Shown: piece after piece, positions 19,701 through 28,998 of the stretch
Numbering within the stretch: the first letter of the stretch is position 1
How the letters are laid out: the number at the start of each line of letters is the position of its first letter
Assembly (NCBI GenBank): GCA_964608455.1
Contig: CAZSNM010000005.1
Coordinates: 4,069 to 68,068, forward strand
Direction: 5' to 3'
DNA length: 64,000 nucleotides
DNA from: an uncultured Candidatus Bathyarchaeia archaeon
Lineage (GTDB): Archaea > Thermoproteota > Bathyarchaeia > 40CM-2-53-6 > DTDX01
Notes under the pieces: generated by a model
Seen by the model: only the letters and a program-made list of their open reading frames with translations
What the model was told of the DNA's origin: nothing
The model's database searches: none
Translations under genes and position numbers: made by a program

Positions 19701-20818
19701 CATTTAATTTAAAGGAGGGAAAAAGAATTAAAACAAACGATATATACGCGTCGTTTAGAAATTCAATAATAAATGAAGTTTTTTTAAATGAAAAAACTCA
19801 ACTGTTAAAAGAAGAGTTAATTCCAAATTTCCTAATTAAATTAAGCGATTTTTCAATGAAAACAATGAGAGATTCCAGTTCCAATTTTATTCAAGCTTCT
19901 CCAGAATTGGAATTTGATGATGAACCTCAATTATGTTTAAATATTAAAGAGGAGTTAAGCGAACCAATTCCCATTTATCCAAATTATAAGGATTCAACAA
20001 TAATTGCTATTGATGTCTCAAGTATAAAAATTGGAGAGACAAATGATGGTGTTATATGTGCCATTAGAGGAGCTGTTGTTTGGAGAAAACAAGGAGAAGT
20101 AAACTTTTTCAGATGCGGACCATTAATTTTTCATATAACCGATTTTATTATTGAACAATTATATGGTAATGTAGGAGTTAAAGCTTTAGAGTTTCCTATA
20201 GGGATAGTTTCAAGACTTAGGAATTTACTTGAAAGATTTATTCAAGGAAATGTATGCACCCACTTTAAAGATTCAATAATTCTTTTTGATGGAAGTTTAA
20301 CAGCTGGCACTCCTGATAATCCAACTAACAGTTTAACTCAAATCCTTTCTAAAGCTAAAGAAAATGGAAATATTGTTTTAGCAATTTCAAAAACTACTAA
20401 AATAGGTTTATCAGGAGTTAAATTGTCAGAGCTTCTAAAAAACTTTAAGGGACCGTGTCTTTTAGATATAGATGAAAGTATAAGATCGCTTTTTCCAAAT
20501 CATCCAGTTCAACTTCTTGGGAAAGTTTATGCAACTAAACTTTCAGCTAAAGGTTTATCTTTTAGACTTGATGTAGATAGAAAAGTAGATCTTAAAGAAA
20601 CAATAGATTCTTTAGGAAAATTAATAGTAAATGATATTATAGATTACGGGTATCCAGATACTTTAAGGCTTGCTCATATATTTTCATCCTTTACAGCAAG
20701 TGATGTTATAGGTATACAAAGATTCCTTTCAAAGAAATTTAAGATACAAATAGTTCCAAAAATTAATTTAAGAAGAATTCTCTTCGGTCCATTTGGAAAT
20801 CCAATGGAGGTTTCCTAA
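19697..20818 (+). CDS. nurA: NurA-family nuclease
   Basis: AIDVSS, LFDGSL, AISKTT, GYPDTLRLAH motifs; adjacent to HerA. Confidence 0.8.
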   Translation: MTFNLKEGKRIKTNDIYASFRNSIINEVFLNEKTQLLKEELIPNFLIKLSDFSMKTMRDSSSNFIQASPELEFDDEPQLCLNIKEELSEPIPIYPNYKDSTIIAIDVSSIKIGETNDGVICAIRGAVVWRKQGEVNFFRCGPLIFHITDFIIEQLYGNVGVKALEFPIGIVSRLRNLLERFIQGNVCTHFKDSIILFDGSLTAGTPDNPTNSLTQILSKAKENGNIVLAISKTTKIGLSGVKLSELLKNFKGPCLLDIDESIRSLFPNHPVQLLGKVYATKLSAKGLSFRLDVDRKVDLKETIDSLGKLIVNDIIDYGYPDTLRLAHIFSSFTASDVIGIQRFLSKKFKIQIVPKINLRRILFGPFGNPMEVS

Positions 20819-22257
20819 TGAAAATTTATAAAAAGGAAGGTGATGTAATTCAAATAATAAGTTTTCCAAATGAAATTGTGGAGAAAGGAGATTATCTTTT
20901 AATTGAAGACCCAATTGTAGATAAAGGTCTTTTAGTTCAAGTTATAGATATTCAATTCGCAAATGTTCCAGGAGTATTTGAAGATATTTTAAGAGATGCC
21001 GTGTTAGAGGAAGGAATTGAAGGAGAAAATTATGATCCAATGGAGGTTTCCTCTCAAATATCAATATTAAAAGATACAAAACTTTTAGTATGTAGAATAA
21101 GAGGGGTTTTAAGTAATGGAGAAATAGTTTTTGGAATGAATTATTTACCTTCAAGAACTTTATCTAGAATAATTCCATATAAAATTGAGAATTTTATTAA
21201 TTCAACAAGTAGAAGCAGACCTTTTCAAGTTGGAAAAATTAGGGGAGAAGCAGAATTAATTTTAGATGTTAAAGCTTTAGATGGAAAATTAAATATTGTA
21301 ACAGGAAGGAAGGGTACAGGAAAATCTCATTTAGCTAAGCTATTAATTTTAAACTTAGTTAAATATGGTGCTCCATGCATAATCTTCGATATAAACGGTG
21401 AATACATAAATTTAAATAAGAAAAAAACGGGGGAAACTTTAAAATTTGGTAAGTTTATAACGTTAACCCCAAAAATTAATATGAAATTTACTTTATCTCA
21501 AGCTAAGCTTACTCCAGTATTAAATATGATGATTTATTCATTAGATTTGCCAAGCACTTCAGCTAGAGTTTTTATCAAGATTTGGAGAGAATTAGAAAGG
21601 AGAGGAGAATTAAATTTAACTTCTTTAGGTGAAGCCATATTAAAATGGGATTGCCATGAAAGCGTTAGAGATGCATTATATGCTAGATATAATATGATTA
21701 TTGAATCTGGGTTATTTACAGATAATATTAATGAATCTTTAGATTTTGAATTTTTAATGAAAAGCATATCAAATGGTGGAGTTGTTGTAATTAATTTAAA
21801 GAATCAACCAGCTATGATTAGAAAAATGATTGTTGAATTAACGCTTAATAAGCTTACGGAGCTTTTATCAAACTGGAAGCTTCAAGCAATATTTTTATTT
21901 GCTGAGGAAGCTCATCTTTATTTAAGAGAAACCTATTGGGATGATATAGTAACTAGAATGAGACATCTTGGAATATTTACAACTTTTATAACTAATCAAC
22001 CTGATACAATTCAAGAGACAATTTATCGACAAGCCGATAACATTTTCCTATTTAACTTTTCAAATGAGCATGATTTAGAGGTTGTTTCTAAAGCAGCTAA
22101 AATAGATTCTGAAACAATTAAAAAAATAGTTAAGGAGCTCCCACCACATTATTGTTTAATAATAGGAGATGTAGTAAATAATTTTCCAGTGGTAGTGAAA
22201 GTTGAACCGCTTGAATTTGAAACGATGGGGGAAACAAGATTCTTCTTTAAAAACTGA
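20818..22257 (+). CDS. herA: HerA-like ATPase (FtsK/HerA superfamily)
   Basis: N-terminal HAS-barrel-like region, GRKGTGKS, FDINGEY, FAEEAH, RMRHLG, TNQP; TAATG overlap with nurA. Confidence 0.85.
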   Translation: MKIYKKEGDVIQIISFPNEIVEKGDYLLIEDPIVDKGLLVQVIDIQFANVPGVFEDILRDAVLEEGIEGENYDPMEVSSQISILKDTKLLVCRIRGVLSNGEIVFGMNYLPSRTLSRIIPYKIENFINSTSRSRPFQVGKIRGEAELILDVKALDGKLNIVTGRKGTGKSHLAKLLILNLVKYGAPCIIFDINGEYINLNKKKTGETLKFGKFITLTPKINMKFTLSQAKLTPVLNMMIYSLDLPSTSARVFIKIWRELERRGELNLTSLGEAILKWDCHESVRDALYARYNMIIESGLFTDNINESLDFEFLMKSISNGGVVVINLKNQPAMIRKMIVELTLNKLTELLSNWKLQAIFLFAEEAHLYLRETYWDDIVTRMRHLGIFTTFITNQPDTIQETIYRQADNIFLFNFSNEHDLEVVSKAAKIDSETIKKIVKELPPHYCLIIGDVVNNFPVVVKVEPLEFETMGETRFFFKN

Positions 22258-23083
22258 TTTTTTAAAAAACTGTGAACCCAGAATAGTTGAAATAAAAAAG
22301 GTTAAAAAAGAAACTCCTACAGTTAAAACCTTAAGTTTCTATGATGAAAAATGCGCTTTAGCTAAACCAGGTCAATTTATAATGGTTTGGATCCCAAATA
22401 TAGATGAAATACCTATGAGTATAGCTTTAACAAACAAAAAAGGTTTAGTTACAATTGCTGTAAAAAAGGTTGGAGAAGCAACTGAGGCATTGCATAATTT
22501 AACTTTTAAAGATAAAATTGGTGTAAGAGGACCATTTGGAACATTTTTTTCGAATTATTTAAGTGATAAAGAAGTTATTATTGCAGCAGGTGGAACAGGA
22601 ATAGCGCCATTAATGGGCGTAATTAAAGATTTAGCAAAATATAAAAAAAGAGCAAAAATAATTTTTGGTGCTGAGAATAGGCAGGAACTCCTTTTTTTAA
22701 AGGAAATTAAAAAAATAATTTTTAATAAGCCATTTTTAAAATTTATTCCAGTAACGCTAAATGGAAGCTATGGATTTAAAGGTGATGTAGTTTCTATTGT
22801 TGAAAATGAAATTAAAAAGTTTAATGGTCAAATTTTAACTTGCGGCCCAGAACCAATGATTTATAAAATTTTCAAGCTTTGCATTAAAAAAAAGATATTA
22901 CTTCAAGCAAGCTTAGAAAGAATAATGAAATGCGGAATAGGCATATGCGGAAGCTGCGATTTAGCAGGATTTAGAGTATGCAAAGATGGCCCAGTATTTA
23001 ATCTTAATGCATTAAAAATGATGAGAGAGGAACTAGGATTTTATAAAAGGGATTCCTCAGGAAAACTTATAAAACTAGTTTAA
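22202..23083 (+). CDS. pyrK: Dihydroorotate dehydrogenase electron-transfer subunit (FAD/NAD, 2Fe-2S)
   Basis: KPGQFIMVW, GVRGPFG, GGTGIAP, CGPEPM, MKCGIGICGSC...VCKDGPVF. Confidence 0.85.
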   Translation: MNRLNLKRWGKQDSSLKTDFLKNCEPRIVEIKKVKKETPTVKTLSFYDEKCALAKPGQFIMVWIPNIDEIPMSIALTNKKGLVTIAVKKVGEATEALHNLTFKDKIGVRGPFGTFFSNYLSDKEVIIAAGGTGIAPLMGVIKDLAKYKKRAKIIFGAENRQELLFLKEIKKIIFNKPFLKFIPVTLNGSYGFKGDVVSIVENEIKKFNGQILTCGPEPMIYKIFKLCIKKKILLQASLERIMKCGIGICGSCDLAGFRVCKDGPVFNLNALKMMREELGFYKRDSSGKLIKLV

Positions 23084-23091
23084 GAAAAAAG

Positions 23092-24087
23092 TTACAACTT
23101 AGGCAATAAACCTTTTTCCATATCTATTATATATGGAAGCCATGAATGAAGATGGCGGCGCCTCACCATTTTAAACACCCTGATATAATTTTCAGTTTTA
23201 TCTTCTATTTCTTCAATTTTCATTTCTATAACACCATCAGCTATTTCCTCGCAAGCAGCCAAGATAGCTGGATGAAAAGCTTTTCTATTTAAAGTAACGA
23301 AACATAAAGTTTTAGATTCCTTAATTTTACCTGCCAAGCTTCTTAAAAACTCTAAAGAACTTCTAACTCCTCCTTTTTGAATTAATGTGCTTAATGAATC
23401 AAATATAACAATAGGTGAATTAAACTCCTTTAAAATTTTAGAAATAATTATGCTTAAATTTGGAAAGTTTAATGGATCCTCACTATATTTTTCTTTGCTT
23501 TTTATTCCAGCTTGAGAAGAATAACAATCAATAAAAACTAGTTTATTTTCTTTTTCGAATGGTAATGGATTAAAACCAAATTCAAGCATAAACTCTCTTA
23601 TTTCATCAGGAAATTTATCTAAAGTTACAAATAACCCTTTTCTACCAGTTGAAACTTTCTCGCATAAAATTTGAAGAACTAAAATATCTTTACCAGCAGC
23701 TGGATCAGCTAAAATTAAAATTAAACCTGAGGAGGGAAAACCATCTGGAAGAAGCTTATCTAAAATTTCAACATTTATTTTTTCAATATCTTTGGTTAAC
23801 TCAAATGTTACATTTTCCTCTTTAGTTAAATCCTCTAAAACAAGTTTTTGAAGTTCTTTATCTACTTCAGAATTAAATGAATAATATTTAATTTCATTAA
23901 GTAAACCTAATTTAACAAAATCTTCAATAGCTTTTTTCACTTCTTCAATAGGCTTATTAATTTTTGAAGCTAATTCATTAAGGCTTCCGAAAAAAGAGGG
24001 GTTCTTGTGAAAAAAAATTAAAAGCTCAGCTTTAATATCTGAACCTAAAAGTTTATCAAATATAATTTTGCGTTTCTCAATTGACAT
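23092..24087 (-). CDS. wHTH fused to a KaiC/RAD55-like RecA-fold domain, probably ATPase-inactive
   Basis: N-terminal HTH (SLNELASKINKPIEEV); degenerate Walker A ADPAAGKD; FIDCYS, IFDSLSTL, IADGVIEM. Confidence 0.75.
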   Translation of the reverse strand: MSIEKRKIIFDKLLGSDIKAELLIFFHKNPSFFGSLNELASKINKPIEEVKKAIEDFVKLGLLNEIKYYSFNSEVDKELQKLVLEDLTKEENVTFELTKDIEKINVEILDKLLPDGFPSSGLILILADPAAGKDILVLQILCEKVSTGRKGLFVTLDKFPDEIREFMLEFGFNPLPFEKENKLVFIDCYSSQAGIKSKEKYSEDPLNFPNLSIIISKILKEFNSPIVIFDSLSTLIQKGGVRSSLEFLRSLAGKIKESKTLCFVTLNRKAFHPAILAACEEIADGVIEMKIEEIEDKTENYIRVFKMVRRRHLHSWLPYIIDMEKGLLPKL

Positions 24088-24239
24088 AAATTTTTCTCCT
24101 ATTAGAATAGAAGAAAGCTTTATTATAAACTTTGTGAAATCAAATTGATAAAAGCAAAAAATAAATGCTAAATTTAAAAAAATCTTTTGTTTTTAAAGGA
24201 TAAAATTTAAAAGCATGAATTGAACTTGGATTTATTGAG

Positions 24240-24425
24240 GTGAAATCTATGCCTACTCATGGTTCAATAACTAAAGCTGGAAAAGTTAGATCTCAAACTC
24301 CTAAAATTCAAGGAAGAGAGAGGAGAGCGCCAATACCAAGAGTAAGAGTAAGAAGCAACGCTTATAAAAGATTAGTTTTAGGAAGAAAGCCAGGACAAAA
24401 CTGGATGTTTGTTAGTAACAAATAA
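24240..24425 (+). CDS. rps30e: 30S ribosomal protein S30e
   Basis: MPTHGSITKAGKVRSQTPK. Confidence 0.95.
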   Translation: MKSMPTHGSITKAGKVRSQTPKIQGRERRAPIPRVRVRSNAYKRLVLGRKPGQNWMFVSNK

Positions 24426-24447
24426 AATATTAAAAATAGGGAAAGCT

Positions 24448-25851
24448 TTAAGCTTTAACCCATTTTTCCTGTAGAAATTTAGAGATTCCAGAGGAATCCA
24501 TAGGTCCAACAAGAACTTTCCATCCTGTAAGCTCTTCTATTTCTCCACTAAGTCTAGAAGCTCTTCCAGGAATAATTATAGTTTTATGCTTAACTTTATT
24601 TTCAATTCCACTTCCCTTAATGCTTTCAGCAACTTTTTCAGCTGTAAGCTTTCTTCCAGCAACAGCACTTTCAACAGAAAGCCCTTCAGTGTCGACCACA
24701 AGCAAATAACAATCGATTTTGCTAGCTTCAATATCTGAAGCGACTGTATAATATGTTAAAGCAAAATTTGTTGTTAAAAGAATTGGAGATTCTTCAGTTG
24801 GGTTTCCGAAAACTTTAATGCCAGTTTCTACAGCTACAGGTTTTCTAGGATCAGTATATAGATTTTGCCTAAGGATTGTTAATGGAAGTAAAACCCAACC
24901 ATCAAGGCTATGCATTATTAAAACATCAGCATATCTAGTTATTAGCATTGATGCAAGGCAAGCTTCTTTCCATGCTGTTACCTCTGGAAATTCACTAGGT
25001 TCTATCCAAACTATTGCTGGAACACCAATTAATGGAAAACCCAAAAGTTCATCTTCTTCTTTGCATGCAGCTCTTCTTAACATCGTGAAATTATTTAATG
25101 TATCTGCAAGTCCGTTCCAAAATGTTCCAGGATCTAAAACTAGATCTTCAACTCCATAGGCTAATAATGTTTTTGTTAAAGATTTTAAAGTTCTTAAATC
25201 ATTTGGTGAAAAAACAGTTAATGGACATTTATACATTAATGAAAGTTCAGCCATTTCTTTCCAATTCTCTTTTGTAGCACCATAAATCAATGGTTTTTTA
25301 CTGGAAACCTCTATTAATCCGGCCTCCATAACATTTGGATCTAAAGAACATAAAATTAATGGAAGATTTGTAATTGAAGAAACCTTTTTAACAGTTGCCT
25401 TAAATGTATCTGGATCATTTAAAACAGATCTAATAGCAATTAAATCAAGCTTCAAATTTTGTCCAATATATGTATATGAAAAACTTTCAGCTTCCTTCAC
25501 TCTTTTAACTATTTCTTCTTCAGGCATATCATCTGAAACATCTATGGCAATAGCTGTTGGATTATGATATGTTAATTCATGCCTATACATAACTAGTTTA
25601 CCACCAATTTTAACAATGTTGCTTCCAGAACCTATAGTAACTTCCTTTACTGGAGGCTTAAGCATTTCCCATAAAGCTTTATATTCGTTTTTATATTTTT
25701 CAGTTAAAATAGGTGGGCATTTATCTAATGTAACTTCTCTATTAACAAGTTTAGCAGCAAAAGCCATGCAGTTTTCTTCTCCACATTCCTTACAATTAGT
25801 TTTAGGCAAATATTTATAAACTTCTGTTGGGCTTAAAGTTTTTTTAGGCAT
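24448..25851 (-). CDS. cdhE: ACDS complex gamma subunit (corrinoid Fe-S protein large subunit)
   Basis: LPKTNCKECGEENCMAFA...CP, YTDPRKP, TTNFALTYY. Confidence 0.95.
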   Translation of the reverse strand: MPKKTLSPTEVYKYLPKTNCKECGEENCMAFAAKLVNREVTLDKCPPILTEKYKNEYKALWEMLKPPVKEVTIGSGSNIVKIGGKLVMYRHELTYHNPTAIAIDVSDDMPEEEIVKRVKEAESFSYTYIGQNLKLDLIAIRSVLNDPDTFKATVKKVSSITNLPLILCSLDPNVMEAGLIEVSSKKPLIYGATKENWKEMAELSLMYKCPLTVFSPNDLRTLKSLTKTLLAYGVEDLVLDPGTFWNGLADTLNNFTMLRRAACKEEDELLGFPLIGVPAIVWIEPSEFPEVTAWKEACLASMLITRYADVLIMHSLDGWVLLPLTILRQNLYTDPRKPVAVETGIKVFGNPTEESPILLTTNFALTYYTVASDIEASKIDCYLLVVDTEGLSVESAVAGRKLTAEKVAESIKGSGIENKVKHKTIIIPGRASRLSGEIEELTGWKVLVGPMDSSGISKFLQEKWVKA

Positions 25852-25858
25852 TTTATTA

Positions 25859-27064
25859 TCACCTTTTTAAGCTTGTAATCCAATTATAAATTTTTTCAGT
25901 CTCTTCTTTAACAGTTAATTTTTTAATTACTTCCTTAACGGTTTTAACAGCAGCAGGATGCATCATCATAAAATAGTCTACCCCAGCCAAAAGCAAAGTT
26001 AAGGCTGAAACAGTTTCCCAAATTGGTCCCCTAAGCTCCTTGGGACCCCATTTTGACTCCATAGTCATCCAAGCTTCTCTAGCAGCCCAAGCATTTGTTG
26101 TTCCTGAAGAAATTGGATGTTGAAGTTCAGCATCACCCATTAATGCGGCTAATCTAGTTCTTTCCATAACTGTAAAAGCATAATCTAAACCATAACCTAA
26201 AGCAGCTGTTGTTGTATCAATTACAATCTTATTTTTAGGTAAAAATTCATATAATTTACGATTTAATTCCCTAGCATCATCCATATTCATAGCTGTAAAA
26301 GCTATAACACAATGATTGTGTTTTTTAATGGCTTCCGCAACTTTTTTGATATCCATGTTTAAAGTTACTGAATTAAATAAAATGTTTTCTCCTTCAGCAA
26401 CTTCAGCAACTTTCTCGAAAACTTTTAAATCTTTTTCCGGATCACCACAACCACCAACAGTTAAAGGAACATCAACTGCTTGAAGAACGTCCTCAACTGT
26501 TTTAGCTGCTTCTGAAGGTTTAGTATCCTTAAGAAGGGGATCTATGCTTACTAAATGAAGGTTTATTACTTCAGCACCCCACTTTTCCACAGCTTTTTTA
26601 GCCCATGCTACAGGATCCTCAAGAACATCTTCCACATGCATTTTTACAGCTTTAGCTAAAGGAATCTTCATATCAAAAACATCTATGGAGATTACTGGAG
26701 GGTTTGGCGGTGGCGATTCAAAAAGATAAAATGCTGGTGCTTTTTCACCTCCTATAGTTACTGTTTTACCTCTTGAGCCTCCCTCGCTTTTAGTTGCACC
26801 AATTTTAACCTCAACTATTTCTCCAGGATATTTCATTATTGGTGGATGAAACTCCTCCTCTAAAATCTCTTTTGGTTTAACTTTTGGAGGAGCCTCAATT
26901 TTAGGTAATGGAATCCGGCTTATAAAAGGTTGAAGTAAAAACTCTAATTCTTTAACTTTTATCTCAACATTTTCAAGCTCTATTTCTTGAAATTCACTTA
27001 AAAGCTTAATTATGTCAAATCCAAAATCACTAAAATCTTCTTTTTCCTTATTCTTTTTGCTCAT
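25859..27064 (-). CDS. cdhD: ACDS complex delta subunit
   Basis: GATKSEGGSR, ALGYGLDY, NAWAAREAW, MMHP. Confidence 0.95.
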   Translation of the reverse strand: MSKKNKEKEDFSDFGFDIIKLLSEFQEIELENVEIKVKELEFLLQPFISRIPLPKIEAPPKVKPKEILEEEFHPPIMKYPGEIVEVKIGATKSEGGSRGKTVTIGGEKAPAFYLFESPPPNPPVISIDVFDMKIPLAKAVKMHVEDVLEDPVAWAKKAVEKWGAEVINLHLVSIDPLLKDTKPSEAAKTVEDVLQAVDVPLTVGGCGDPEKDLKVFEKVAEVAEGENILFNSVTLNMDIKKVAEAIKKHNHCVIAFTAMNMDDARELNRKLYEFLPKNKIVIDTTTAALGYGLDYAFTVMERTRLAALMGDAELQHPISSGTTNAWAAREAWMTMESKWGPKELRGPIWETVSALTLLLAGVDYFMMMHPAAVKTVKEVIKKLTVKEETEKIYNWITSLKR

Positions 27065-28461
27065 TTAGTTTTTCCCTCCCTTCTAATTATAGCTTTTTTA
27101 GCCGTTATTGTTGCGTCTTTTAAAATAATTTTGAATCCTCCTCCAGTTGTTAAGGGAAGAGTTGAAGCTTCCATTACAATAGGTGGCGCTTCTTCAATTT
27201 TTGGTGCAGCAACCTCTTCTTTTTTCTCTTTTTCTTCGATCTCCTTCCATCTTTGAATCACAGGATGATTTTTACTTTTAAGAAAGTTTTTTAATTCTTC
27301 TATTGTTTTAACATCGTTTTCAGTAGCTATTTTATCCACTATATCTTTTGGAATAAAATCTTTAACTCTTTCTTTAATACTGGATGGCATCCATACAATT
27401 CTATTCCATCCACCATCAGCTTGAAGAAATTTTGAAGAACGCATATATTCTATTGAGATTCCATGAAAACCATCAACTTGTCTACCTCCAGCTGTTGAAT
27501 CGGCCATAGTTGAAAACGGCAAACCGTTTACAGCTACACCTTTAAAATCTCTATGAATTATTCCAAGCCCATCAACCTCAGGTATATAAAAGGCTATTGC
27601 TTCAAAGCATCCACAAGAAGTATGAGGATAGTTAAAAGCTGTGTAAAGCCATACTCTTTCAATTTCTCCAAGTGATTTTTTCTTAACAGCCTCATTTACA
27701 CCACTCCATTCTCCTTTAAACGAATCTAAAACTTTTCCAACTTCTATTTTAAATATTGGACCTTTAGGATCTACTCTTGCAGCTGCTCTTCCATCAAACC
27801 AGCTTATGGCTCCGCAATTAGCATATCTTTGTGGGGTTATTACACATACATGGGTTGGAGCAAAAGATTGACAAAGTGTACAACCATAAAAACAATCCAC
27901 TTCTTCATCTTTTAATCCTCTAGCTCTAGCATCTCTTTTTTCATAAATTTCTCTAGCTATTTTTTCCATTTCTTTAACTTTTTCTTGATCAGTAATAAAT
28001 GTTATTTGAATTTTTTCTATTATTGGAAGCTCGCTTTTAAAAAGTCTTTGAAGGACTTTCCCTATTAAAATAAAGGAGTTTAAACCTTTTTTAAATGATT
28101 TTTTGCTTAACCTTAACCAGATATCATATCTTTGATTTAAATGCATAAAGCCTTCAATATAATTACAATATTCATGTATTCTTCTTTCTATAACGCCTTC
28201 AAGATCTTCTTCAATTTCTTTTCCAGCTACTTCAACAAGAATTCCTAGAGGATAACTTTTTCCTTCTTCTAAATCCTTAATATCTGGGCCTATAATTTGA
28301 ATTTTTCCATCTTCTATTTCATCCATTTTTCTAGCTTTTACAAGTTCAAATTTATTTTCTACTTTTGGTCCTCCAAACTCAACATGCATATCTGGCTTTC
28401 TAATTCTTTCACCTTCATAAATAACTCCAACATCAACTGGAATATCACTAAACATTGACAT
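27061..28461 (-). CDS. cdhC: ACDS complex beta subunit (archaeal acetyl-CoA synthase)
   Basis: YEGERIR, FYGCTLCQSFAPTHVC...NCG, HTSCGCFE A-cluster ligands; no N-terminal domain. Confidence 0.96.
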   Translation of the reverse strand: MSMFSDIPVDVGVIYEGERIRKPDMHVEFGGPKVENKFELVKARKMDEIEDGKIQIIGPDIKDLEEGKSYPLGILVEVAGKEIEEDLEGVIERRIHEYCNYIEGFMHLNQRYDIWLRLSKKSFKKGLNSFILIGKVLQRLFKSELPIIEKIQITFITDQEKVKEMEKIAREIYEKRDARARGLKDEEVDCFYGCTLCQSFAPTHVCVITPQRYANCGAISWFDGRAAARVDPKGPIFKIEVGKVLDSFKGEWSGVNEAVKKKSLGEIERVWLYTAFNYPHTSCGCFEAIAFYIPEVDGLGIIHRDFKGVAVNGLPFSTMADSTAGGRQVDGFHGISIEYMRSSKFLQADGGWNRIVWMPSSIKERVKDFIPKDIVDKIATENDVKTIEELKNFLKSKNHPVIQRWKEIEEKEKKEEVAAPKIEEAPPIVMEASTLPLTTGGGFKIILKDATITAKKAIIRREGKTK

Positions 28462-28465
28462 AATT

Positions 28466-28996
28466 TTAACCTCCTTCTAAAGCCTTAATTAAAATATTTA
28501 AGCTTTTAATCCAATCGTTTATGGTTAAATTTGGAAAAGACCATGAAGCATGAGGTTGATAAAATCTATCAAGAGAAATCGTTATAATGTTTGAAAAATG
28601 TTTTATTCCGGAAAGTACAAGCCACTCTACATAATATGGAATAGCTATAAATAATGCTAGATCATGTGAACCTAAACCATCAACTCCACTCCAGTTTGGA
28701 TCTATAAGTTTGCTTCCAACTTCCACTATAGACATAAGGGAAACTGGAATAAACTTTTTAATTTCAGCGAAAGATTTTCCAGATGCCACCACAGGTATTT
28801 TTCCTGCTTTAGCAATTTTAACAATATATTCTATGAGTTTAATTTCATTGTTTGTTTCTTCAACAGCTTCATGACCAACTATAAGCACAGGATGTTTAGC
28901 TCTTTTTATTAATGTAGCTGCAACCTCAGGTTTTTGAATTATAAAACTTTTTGTTGGACCTGGAATTTCAGCTTTTTGCCATGGTTCAGCAGCCAT
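28466..28996 (-). CDS. cdhB: ACDS complex epsilon subunit
   Basis: IKRAKHPVLIVG, W.GVDG.G.HDL, YQPHASWSFPN; operon position. Confidence 0.92.
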   Translation of the reverse strand: MAAEPWQKAEIPGPTKSFIIQKPEVAATLIKRAKHPVLIVGHEAVEETNNEIKLIEYIVKIAKAGKIPVVASGKSFAEIKKFIPVSLMSIVEVGSKLIDPNWSGVDGLGSHDLALFIAIPYYVEWLVLSGIKHFSNIITISLDRFYQPHASWSFPNLTINDWIKSLNILIKALEGG

Positions 28997-28998
28997 TT

